Shown here piece after piece: positions 1 to 6,857 of a stretch of 32,000 bases of DNA. The DNA lies in assembly GCF_017876815.1 (NCBI RefSeq), contig NZ_JAGIOS010000001.1, forward strand, positions 3,180,001 through 3,212,000. Direction: 5' to 3'. How positions within the stretch are numbered: the stretch's first letter is position 1; the number at the start of each line of letters is the position of its first letter. Under the pieces are notes generated by a model, which saw only the letters and a list, made by a program, of their open reading frames with translations, was not told the DNA's origin and searched no databases. The translations under genes were made by a program, and so were the position numbers. The stretch comes from Sinorhizobium meliloti (GTDB taxonomy: Bacteria > Pseudomonadota > Alphaproteobacteria > Rhizobiales > Rhizobiaceae).

Positions 1-864
1 AAGCACGATCTGGCGGTCGAGGCGGGCGAAATGTTCGCGGAAGAACGGTTTTACGACATGCGTCTTGTAGGCTTCGTAGCGTCGCTCCATCATCGCCCAG
101 AGCGAACCTTTTGGGGCGCGGCCCGCCGGCAGGTCGGGGAGCGGCGAGAAGGTCAACGCCGGCGACCCTTCGAGATCGCCCGGCATGAGGAACCGGCCAG
201 GCGGCAGGGTCGAGAGGGACCGGTCGTCCTCCTTGCAGGCCTTGAGATAGGCGGTGAAACTCTCGGCAAGCCTGCGGGCGCTGCCTTCGTCGGCCGGCGT
301 CGAAGCTCCGAGCGCGGCGGCAAGTCCCAACCATTCGCTCGACAGTTCGGCGCGCATGCCGGTGCGCGCGCGTTGAACCGTTGCGTCGCTGAACTGCCGG
401 AAGTCCTGGCTGAGCAGCGGCAGATCGAGCAGCCATTCGCCGGGGTAATCGACGATGTCGATCGACAGCCGCCCGGGAGAGAGCAGGCGGCTCCAGCCGC
501 TGGCGCTTTCGTAATCGAGCGTGATCCGCAGCTGCGATATGGCCCTGGTCGAATCCGGCCAGGACCGATCCCGAACCAACGCCGCAATGTGATCCTCATA
601 TTGAAAGCGCGGCACCGCGTCGTCGGGCTGCGGTTCGAGCCGGATCTTGGACACACGGCCCGAGCGGACCGGTTCGAAAACCGGCAGCCGCCCTCCGTTC
701 AGCAGGTTGTGGACGAGCGACGAGATGAATACGGTTTTGCCGGCCCGCGAAAGGCCAGTGACGCCGAGCCTGACGGACGGGGTGACGAGACCCGCTGCGC
801 GGTCGGCGAGATTGTCCAGGGCGATCAGCGCGTCGTCTTTGAAGCTGGTGAGAATGGGCGCCAA
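1..864 (-). CDS. YcjX-like P-loop ATPase (DUF463 family). N-terminal 288 codons only; the C-terminus lies beyond the left window edge.
   Basis: Absent from the ORF track because it has no stop in the window. Hand translation of the minus strand, in the frame ending at base 1, gives LAPILTSFKDDALIALDNLADRAAGLVTPSVRLGVTGLSRAGKTVFISSLVHNLLNGGRLPVFEP...IDIVDYPGEWLLDLPLL...FFREHFARLDRQIVL. The Walker A motif is GLSRAGKT. It resembles E. coli YcjX as I remember it. There is an in-frame stop at 975-973 and no ATG or GTG after it, so TTG at 864-862 is the proposed start (uncertain). The + strand ORF 31..888 is its antisense mirror. Confidence 0.75.
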   Translation of the reverse strand, partial: MAPILTSFKDDALIALDNLADRAAGLVTPSVRLGVTGLSRAGKTVFISSLVHNLLNGGRLPVFEPVRSGRVSKIRLEPQPDDAVPRFQYEDHIAALVRDRSWPDSTRAISQLRITLDYESASGWSRLLSPGRLSIDIVDYPGEWLLDLPLLSQDFRQFSDATVQRARTGMRAELSSEWLGLAAALGASTPADEGSARRLAESFTAYLKACKEDDRSLSTLPPGRFLMPGDLEGSPALTFSPLPDLPAGRAPKGSLWAMMERRYEAYKTHVVKPFFREHFARLDRQIVL

Positions 865-1032
865 ATTCTTTCGTCCCTTCGGGAATGATGAGCGGTACGG
901 TTGATTTGCCGATATCCCAACCGGGGCGCGGGCATCCGCGTAGCGTCTGGAGCGATATAGGAAATGTTTCCGTCAGCGCAACAACGCGAAGCGAATTCGC
1001 CGTTTCCGCAGGCGGAAGCGGCTGGCAAGGCC

Positions 1033-1569
1033 TCATCCTTTCTCGGCTTCTTCAGGGGCGGGAACGAGGAACTTCGAAAGTGTCGCGGTCCATGCTGTTC
1101 CGGCTTTCGGCCGCGCCGCAAAATCGATCACCGCCATTCCGGCCGGCGGATATCCGTCAGCGAGTGCCGCAGCTGCCCGTTCTTCACCCAGAATTCGTCG
1201 AAAGAGCTCCTCCATCATCGGATTGTGCCCGATGATCATCAGCGAGGGTCGGCTCGCATGTGCCTCGACAAGGTCGGCATAGACGGTTGTGGGTCCAGTA
1301 TAGAGTGTGTCGAGGTAACGAATGTCGATATCTTCGCCAAATGCGCGGTATAGCGGTTCGGCCGTCTGCCGGCAGCGGACGGCTGTCGAGCAAAGGATCA
1401 GGTCCGGCCTGATGCGATGGTCGGCTGCGGATTGTGCCGTCAGTTCCGCCTCCGCAAAGCCGATATCGTCGAGTGCGCGATCGAAGTCGCTCTGGCCGGG
1501 CAGAGCCCAGCCCGATCGGGCATGGCGAAGAAGCAGAAGCTGGAAGGCCGGGACGACGCTGTCTTGCAT
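1033..1569 (-). CDS. Histidine phosphatase family protein (SixA-like phosphohistidine phosphatase), 178 aa
   Basis: ORF 1033..1773 trimmed to the internal ATG at 1569-1567 (MQDSVVPAFQLLLLRHARSGW...). This places the catalytic RHA motif about 15 residues from the N-terminus, as is typical for the family. Later motifs are LCSTAVRCRQT and IIGHNP. The 68-aa upstream extension is Arg/Pro/Gly-rich with no family resemblance. Confidence 0.75.
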   Translation of the reverse strand: MQDSVVPAFQLLLLRHARSGWALPGQSDFDRALDDIGFAEAELTAQSAADHRIRPDLILCSTAVRCRQTAEPLYRAFGEDIDIRYLDTLYTGPTTVYADLVEAHASRPSLMIIGHNPMMEELFRRILGEERAAAALADGYPPAGMAVIDFAARPKAGTAWTATLSKFLVPAPEEAEKG

Positions 1570-1675
1570 GTATTCACCCGGTGTTGGAAATCCCCAGGAT
1601 GGAGGCGTCCGTCGTTGCCGACGGCTCGAAACGCCTTGCGGATGCTCCGTTGTCCCGCCGGTCGGCGTAAAGATC

Positions 1676-1697
1676 AAGCCGCGCTTCGCGGTTTTTT
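1676..1697 (+). terminator. Orphan Rho-independent terminator-like hairpin with no upstream + strand gene
   Basis: The sequence is AAGCCGCG-CTT-CGCGGTTTTTT. The core stem CCGCG/CGCGG (1679-1683 / 1687-1691) is extendable by A:T and G:T pairs, and six T follow at 1692-1697. It lies in the 407-nt gap between the sixA-like start (1569) and the dksA start (1977). Confidence 0.5.
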
Positions 1698-1882
1698 GAT
1701 CCGGCGGGCCCATTGAACCGACGCCCGTCGCGCACCAAATGTCGCAATCCGAAACGCCGCCGTGCTCGCCCATGGAACGTCAAACGGCTGGCGCCGTGGG
1801 CGGTGAGCGGTGTTTCGGCGTTAAAGACTTTGCGTGTAATTGTGATGAAATATTAGCCGGTTAGCCTGCGATGCGGGCAGTG

Positions 1883-1897
1883 TTAAAATGCAGTTAA
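1883..1897 (+). promoter_or_regulatory. Perfect TTAA-N7-TTAA motif (CtrA-type box) upstream of dksA
   Basis: TTAAAATGCAGTTAA read directly at 1883-1897. This is about 16 nt upstream of the predicted dksA -35 element. The CtrA consensus TTAA-N7-TTAA is established for alphaproteobacteria. Confidence 0.35.
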
Positions 1898-1912
1898 GCA
1901 CTGATTACAAGG

Positions 1913-1941
1913 CTTGAATCAGAGCTTCCATAGGTCTATAC
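1913..1941 (+). promoter_or_regulatory. Predicted sigma70-type promoter of dksA
   Basis: CTTGAA (1913-1918), a 17-nt spacer, then CTATAC (1936-1941). This is close to the rhizobial consensus CTTGAC-N17-CTATAT. It would give a leader of about 29 nt containing the AGGAGA Shine-Dalgarno sequence. Confidence 0.4.
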
Positions 1942-1976
1942 ACCGCCGCAATGAGATGTTCTTCAGGAGAATCGCG

Positions 1977-2396
1977 TTGAGTGAGAAGATCGATCTTAGT
2001 ACCTATGTCCTGTCGGAGGACGAGGATTTTATGAATGCGAACCACCGGGCATACTTTCGTGCGAAGCTGAATGCCTGGAGAAACGACATCCTTCGCGAAG
2101 CCCGCGAGACACTGGATCACCTGGCGGAGGAGAGCGCCAATCATCCTGATCTTGCGGACCGCGCCTCATCCGAAACGGACCGGGCGATCGAGTTGCGTGC
2201 TCGGGACCGTCAGCGGAAGTTGATTGCCAAGATCGATGCCGCGTTGCAGCGGCTCGATGAAGGCACCTACGGATACTGCGAGGAAACCGGGGAGCCGATC
2301 GGACTGAAGCGCCTGGACGCCCGACCGATCGCAACTCTCTCGATCGAGGCGCAGGAACGTCACGAGCGTCGCGAGAAGGTCTACCGGGACGAATAA
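1977..2396 (+). CDS. dksA: RNA polymerase-binding transcription factor DksA, 139 aa
   Basis: The translation (M)SEKIDLSTYVLSEDEDFMNANHRAYFRAKLNAWRNDIL...DLADRASSETDRAIELRARDRQRKLIAKIDAALQRLDEGTYGYCEETGEPIGLKRLDARPIATLSIEAQERHE carries the DksA coiled-coil DxxDxA tip and the C-terminal globular region. The start is set at TTG 1977, which has AGGAGA 7 nt upstream. An in-frame ATG at 1956 is possible but lacks a Shine-Dalgarno sequence. Confidence 0.9.
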   Translation: MSEKIDLSTYVLSEDEDFMNANHRAYFRAKLNAWRNDILREARETLDHLAEESANHPDLADRASSETDRAIELRARDRQRKLIAKIDAALQRLDEGTYGYCEETGEPIGLKRLDARPIATLSIEAQERHERREKVYRDE

Positions 2397-2422
2397 GTCC
2401 GGGGACATCGTTGGGACTATCG

Positions 2423-2453
2423 AAAACGGCGCGGTTCGACCGCGCCGTTTTCA
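2423..2453. terminator. Bidirectional intrinsic terminator between dksA and the convergent FliO-like gene
   Basis: AAAACGGCGCGG-TTCGA-CCGCGCCGTTTTC. It has a 9-bp GC stem (2426-2434 / 2440-2448), an A-run on the 5' side and a T-run on the 3' side. Confidence 0.75.
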
Positions 2454-2488
2454 TTTGTGCATCGATGCGTTGTTCCGGGATGTACGAA

Positions 2489-3454
2489 TTACAATTTGCG
2501 GCTCACGGAGATATCGGCGAGCATCCTTTCCATCTCCTCTTCGATCGTCGGCTCCTTGCGGGTGTCCTGCGAGGGCGATCCGAGTACCGGTTCCTGGCGA
2601 CCGGCGGGCCTGATCTCCGGACGCGGCGGCCCCGAAGGTGTGAAGCGCTGGAGATCGCCGCTGATTTCCGCATCGAGCATGCGCTCGAATTCTGCGGCTG
2701 CTTCCGGCGCGGCGGGCCGAGGCGGGAGAGATTGGCCCGGCATGCCCTTTACCGGTTCGATCGCCGTAAGCGGGACGGGGCGCTCGTCGCGAGCCGCGGG
2801 CTCCACCGGAAGCGGGCGGTCACGCACCGCGCCGAAATCGGTATGCGACGGCTCGATGGCGGACACCGGCGGAATGTGAGGCGCAGGTAAAGGCCTGGAG
2901 ACCTGCTGCGGCTGCGACGAGCCGAGTGCGGGGGCCTGCTGCTGATCCGGGACCACGCGCACTGGAGGCTCCGGGCGCGCGGCGACCCGCGGCGGCTCAC
3001 TCGGGCGCGCCGGTTGCCGCACGGGTTCGGCCGCAGCTTCCGTCGGGAGAGGGGGCTCGGGCGGGACAGGGGAAGGAACCGGCCGGGGCCGGACTTCCGC
3101 AATCGGGGCGCGGGTCGTCTTTTCTTCCGGCTCCGCCTGAAGCGTGGCCGGAACCGGGCTTTCTCCCTCGGGGGCGATGCGGCTTTCGATCACGATGTCC
3201 GTCGGGCCGCCGATCATGATCAGGTGTTCGACGTCGTCGCGGCGGACGAGCACCAGGCGCCGACGCGTGTCGACTGCGGCGGCATCGAGCACCGCAAGCC
3301 GCGGCTGCCTGTTCTTGCCGCCGCGGACGAAGGGAGAGGAGGGCTTGTTGCGCATGAGCCGAAGCACGGCCACGAGGCACAAGAGACCGATCGCAACCGC
3401 TCCGGCGGCGATCATGAACCGGCTGGCGTTGTCCCCGAGGATTGTTTCCATCAT
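2489..3454 (-). CDS. Membrane-anchored proline-rich protein with a FliO-like N-terminal region, 321 aa
   Basis: It has one N-terminal TM helix (FMIAAGAVAIGLLCLVAVLRL). This is followed by RLAVLDAAAVDTRRRLVLVRRDDVEHLIMIGGPTDIVIE, which parallels E. coli FliO LKISASASLGARERVVVVDVEDARLVLGVTAGQINLL (from memory). About 200 aa of Pro/Glu/Ala-rich low complexity follow, then an acidic tail. ATG at 3454. Confidence 0.65.
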   Translation of the reverse strand: MMETILGDNASRFMIAAGAVAIGLLCLVAVLRLMRNKPSSPFVRGGKNRQPRLAVLDAAAVDTRRRLVLVRRDDVEHLIMIGGPTDIVIESRIAPEGESPVPATLQAEPEEKTTRAPIAEVRPRPVPSPVPPEPPLPTEAAAEPVRQPARPSEPPRVAARPEPPVRVVPDQQQAPALGSSQPQQVSRPLPAPHIPPVSAIEPSHTDFGAVRDRPLPVEPAARDERPVPLTAIEPVKGMPGQSLPPRPAAPEAAAEFERMLDAEISGDLQRFTPSGPPRPEIRPAGRQEPVLGSPSQDTRKEPTIEEEMERMLADISVSRKL

Positions 3455-3820
3455 AGGCTGAACTCCTTACTGCCGCTCGCATGGCAACATTTGACGGCTT
3501 TTTTCGGGCTTGGACAAGCTTCGGCCCGACATTCCCTGTGAATTGACCGCAGCGCTTCCGCAGAGACGCTTTTTGCTGTTATCTCTGATTGTTAAAGATG
3601 ATTCCAGGTCGATGCGCGAAAGCGCGGAGGGCGGCCATCGATTTAGCGACGATGCCTTCGGACCCGGCCACCGCATGGTTCCTCAAACCGGAAACGGATT
3701 GGGGATAAATCATGCGGCAATTCAAAGTATTGCAGCGGCCCTTGTGCATCCACGGGGATGTACGGCACTGCAAGCGCTCGGGATCGCGTTCGATGCGACC
3801 CGGCAGCAGGTGAGGACCCG

Positions 3821-6430
3821 ATGACGAAATTGCGGCAGGCAGGTGACTACCAGATGCCGGTCGTTGACCGGGGCGTTCGTCCGGGAACCATCCTCAGGAT
3901 CATCCTGCTTGCGATCGTCCTCACCGCGTCGGCCGCCGCTTTCGTCGTCTTCAAGGACCAGCTCGAAAACGAGATCGTGCTCGGCATTCTCGGCGTGCTG
4001 GCCATGGTCGGCATATTCTTCCTCGTTTCTTCCGTCATCGGCTTTATCGAGGTGATGCCGCAATCGCGGCCGGACGAACTGGCGCGCGCCTTCCTCGACG
4101 CGCATGAAGACGGGACGATCGTGACCGACCGCAAGGGGCGCATCATCTATGCCAACGCCGCCTATGGTGCCCTGACCGGCACCAAGAGCGCGGCAGGCAT
4201 TCAGTCGCTCGAAACGATCCTGTCGCGCAACCGCGAGGCGACAGAAGCGATCTATCGCCTGACCAACGGTCTGCATGAGGGCAAGCAGGGTCACGAGGAG
4301 TTCCGGCTGCTGAAACCTCTGGCAAACGGCAAGGTGGCTGGCTCCGGCGCCCATTGGTATCGGCTGAAGGCGCGGGTATTGCCGCTCGAGGATGCGGGCA
4401 GCAATCCGCTCTACCTGTGGCAGATCGCGGATATTACCGCCGAGCGCGACGAGCAGGAGCGCTTCTTCAAGGAGCTGCAGAACGCGATCGACTATCTCGA
4501 CCACGCACCCGCGGGCTTCTTCTCCGCCGGGCGAAAGGGCGAGATCTTCTATATCAACGCGACGCTCGCCGACTGGCTCGGAATCGACCTGACCAAGTTC
4601 CAGCCCGGCTCCGTCAGCATTGCCGATCTGGTCGCGGGCGAGGGGCTGGCGCTCGTACAATCGGTACAGGCGGAGCCCGGTCTCAAGAAGACCAAGATCC
4701 TGGACCTCGATCTCAGAAAGGCCAACGGCCAGAGCCTGCCGGTACGCTTGATTCATCGCGTTTCCTCGGCGCGGGACGGTGCGCCAGGCGAAAGCCGGAC
4801 GATCGTGATGTCCCGGGAAGGCGACGATGGCGATCAGTCGGCGTCGAATGCCGCGATGCGGTTCACCCGCTTCTTCAACAACACGCCCATGGCAATCGCC
4901 TCGGTGGATGGAAACGGCCGCATTCTCAGAACCAACGCTCCGTTCATGAAGCTCTTCGCCGGGCTCGTTTCGCAGGACGAGGTCGAGCGCGGGGCGGTGA
5001 TCGACGCTGTCGTGCATCAGTCCGAAAGAGGGCGTCTGCAGGAGTCGCTGGCTGCCGCGAAGGACCGGCAGAGCGATATCGCACCGATCGACGCGCTTCA
5101 TCCCAAGGATGAGGGGCGTCACTTCCGCTTCTATGTCAATGCAGTCATCGACCAGAGCGATCAGGCGCCCGAGGAGGCTGCGATCATCTACGCCCTGGAG
5201 ATCACCGAGCAGAAGGCGCTCGAAAACCAGATGGCGCAGACGCAGAAGATGAATGCCGTCGGAACGCTCGCCGGCGGCATCGCCCATGATTTCAACAATG
5301 TCCTGACGGCCATCCTGCTTTCCGCCGACCATCTCCTGCTGTCGGCGCGGCCGGCGGATGCGACCTTTGCGGATCTGATGGAGATCAAGCGTAACGCCAA
5401 CCGGGCAGCCGTGCTCGTTCGGCAACTGCTCGCCTTCTCGCGCAAGCAGACGATGCGTCCGACGGTGCTCAATCTCACCGACGTTATCGGCGATCTCAGG
5501 ATGCTCGTCGACCGGATGACCGGCACCAACGTCAAGGTCGAGGTGGACTACGGCCGCGATCTCTGGCCGGTCAAGACGGACCTCGGCCAGTTCGAACAGG
5601 TGCTCCTGAACCTCGCCGTCAATGCCCGCGACGCCATGCCTGCCGGCGGGATCATCACGCTTAGGACACGCAATCTGCCGGCGAGCGAAGTGGCGGCGCT
5701 TGGACGTCGCGAACTGCCCGAGGAAGACTTCGTCATGGTCGAGGTGTCCGACCAGGGTACCGGCATTCCGCCGGAAATCATGGACAAGATTTTCGAGCCC
5801 TTCTTCACCACGAAGGATGTCGGCAAGGGCACCGGGCTCGGACTGTCGATGGTTTACGGGATCGTGAAGCAGTCCGGCGGCTATATCTATCCCGAGTCGG
5901 AGATCGGTAGCGGGACGACCTTCCGCATCCTGCTGCCGCGCCACGTCGACATTCCCGAAACGCAGGATGAGGACGCGTCCGCAGCGCAATCCGCGGCGCC
6001 GGCGAGGAGCGAACCGGTTGCGGTGCCCATGCCTCGGGCCGAGCCTGCCGATCTTACCGGGGATTCCGCGGTCGTGCTGCTGGTCGAGGACGAGGAAGCG
6101 GTGAGGCGCGGCGGCAAGCGCATGCTGGAGACGCGCGGCTATACGGTTCACGAAGCGGGATCGGGTATCGAAGCGCTGGAGATCATGGACGAACTCGACG
6201 GCGCCGTGGATATCGTCGTGTCCGACGTCGTGATGCCGGAAATGGACGGGCCGACGCTGCTGCGCGAGCTGCGCAAGACGTATCCGGACCTGAAGTTCAT
6301 CTTCGTATCCGGCTATGCCGAAGATGCTTTTGCGCGAAATCTGCCGGCCGACGCGAAGTTCGGCTTCCTGCCGAAGCCCTTCTCGCTGAAGCAACTTGCG
6401 GTCGCCGTGCGCGAGATGCTCGACAGCTGA
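3821..6430 (+). CDS. cckA: Cell-cycle hybrid histidine kinase CckA (TM, PAS domains, HisKA, HATPase_c, receiver), 869 aa
   Basis: ORF 3758..6430 trimmed to ATG 3821, which has GGTGAGGA upstream. Two N-terminal TM segments are present. The H-box is GGIAHDFNNVLTAI, the N-box LLNLAVNARDAM, the G-boxes DQGTGIP and GTGLGLSMV. The C-terminal receiver has VLLVEDEEAVR...SDVVMPEMDG...KP. The architecture and the dksA neighbourhood match CckA of Rhizobiales. Confidence 0.9.
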   Translation: MTKLRQAGDYQMPVVDRGVRPGTILRIILLAIVLTASAAAFVVFKDQLENEIVLGILGVLAMVGIFFLVSSVIGFIEVMPQSRPDELARAFLDAHEDGTIVTDRKGRIIYANAAYGALTGTKSAAGIQSLETILSRNREATEAIYRLTNGLHEGKQGHEEFRLLKPLANGKVAGSGAHWYRLKARVLPLEDAGSNPLYLWQIADITAERDEQERFFKELQNAIDYLDHAPAGFFSAGRKGEIFYINATLADWLGIDLTKFQPGSVSIADLVAGEGLALVQSVQAEPGLKKTKILDLDLRKANGQSLPVRLIHRVSSARDGAPGESRTIVMSREGDDGDQSASNAAMRFTRFFNNTPMAIASVDGNGRILRTNAPFMKLFAGLVSQDEVERGAVIDAVVHQSERGRLQESLAAAKDRQSDIAPIDALHPKDEGRHFRFYVNAVIDQSDQAPEEAAIIYALEITEQKALENQMAQTQKMNAVGTLAGGIAHDFNNVLTAILLSADHLLLSARPADATFADLMEIKRNANRAAVLVRQLLAFSRKQTMRPTVLNLTDVIGDLRMLVDRMTGTNVKVEVDYGRDLWPVKTDLGQFEQVLLNLAVNARDAMPAGGIITLRTRNLPASEVAALGRRELPEEDFVMVEVSDQGTGIPPEIMDKIFEPFFTTKDVGKGTGLGLSMVYGIVKQSGGYIYPESEIGSGTTFRILLPRHVDIPETQDEDASAAQSAAPARSEPVAVPMPRAEPADLTGDSAVVLLVEDEEAVRRGGKRMLETRGYTVHEAGSGIEALEIMDELDGAVDIVVSDVVMPEMDGPTLLRELRKTYPDLKFIFVSGYAEDAFARNLPADAKFGFLPKPFSLKQLAVAVREMLDS

Positions 6431-6463
6431 CAAGGCTTCTCCTCTGAACTATGCGGCGCGAAT

Positions 6464-6524
6464 GCCCCTCATCCGCCTGCCGGCACCTTCTCCCCGCAGG
6501 CGGGGAGAAGGGACAAGCGGCGCC
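6464..6524 (+). repeat. REP/RIME-like palindromic intergenic repeat, copy A (forward)
   Basis: GCCCCTCATCCGCCTGCCGGCA-CCTTCTCCCCGC-AG-GCGGGGAGAAGG-GACAAGCGGCGCC. The perfect 12-bp stem lies at 6486-6497 / 6500-6511. Confidence 0.8.
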
Positions 6525-6565
6525 AACCGAACCCCGCATTCACCGCCCGCCCGAGGGAGCGAGCG

Positions 6566-6626
6566 GGCGCGGCATATCCCTTCTCCCCGCCTGCGGGGAG
6601 AAGGTGGCGGCAGCCGGTTGAGGGGC
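6566..6626 (-). repeat. REP/RIME-like palindromic repeat, copy B (inverted relative to A, diverged arm)
   Basis: GGCGCGGCATATC-CCTTCTCCCCGC-CT-GCGGGGAGAAGG-TGGCGGCAGCCGGTTGAGGGGC. The stem lies at 6579-6590 / 6593-6604. Confidence 0.8.
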
Positions 6627-6736
6627 AATCCCGACCGAGTGGGGTTGAGGCGGTTGGGTTCGCGAGGGATCCCTTTCATGAGCAGTATCCGCCGCACCGG
6701 CGCGCAAGAGATATATGCATGCCGTAGATTTTCGAT

Positions 6737-6819
6737 GGGGAGAAGGGGACAAGCGGCGGCGCAGCGGATCCCCTTCGCCCCGCCTGCGGGGAGAAGGTGC
6801 CGGCAGGCGGATGAGGGGG
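6737..6819 (-). repeat. REP/RIME-like repeat: a partial forward half-copy (6737-6762) abutting full inverted copy C (6758-6819)
   Basis: GGGGAGAAGGGGACAAGCGGCGGCGC is followed by ...CCCTTCGCCCCGC-CT-GCGGGGAGAAGG-TGCCGGCAGGCGGATGAGGGG. The arm at 6796-6818 is the exact reverse complement of the copy A arm at 6464-6486. Confidence 0.8.
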
Positions 6820-6857
6820 AAAGTGGGCCGAAAGGCCCAATTTGCCTTACCGTTGCG

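Noticed and set aside
31-888. A 285-aa + strand ORF at the left edge.
   Set aside because: It is antisense to the ycjX-like gene, whose minus-strand translation has a Walker A motif and family-typical sequence. The + frame product is Arg/Gly-rich with no motifs.
1570-1773. N-terminal extensions offered by the ORF track for the sixA-like gene. The same issue applies to icd (to 21571), the FUSC gene (from 21470), DUF1254/1214 paralogue 2 (to 16890), psuG (to 7925), alaS (from 10449), cckA (from 3758) and the transposase (to 30447).
   Set aside because: The extensions are Arg/Pro/Gly-rich and lack a Shine-Dalgarno sequence. They would displace conserved N-terminal motifs or signal peptides from their normal position. 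In each case an internal start with a Shine-Dalgarno sequence fits the family.
3722-6433. A 903-aa ORF on the minus strand covering all of cckA.
   Set aside because: It is an exact antisense mirror of a gene with unmistakable histidine-kinase and receiver motifs. Its translation is Arg/Gly/His/Asp-rich with no recognisable domain. Long stop-free antisense frames are expected at this GC content.
6464-6819. The repeat cluster as a possible CRISPR array.
   Set aside because: The units are themselves palindromic and occur in both orientations. They are irregularly spaced and one is a half copy. No cas genes are present in the window.
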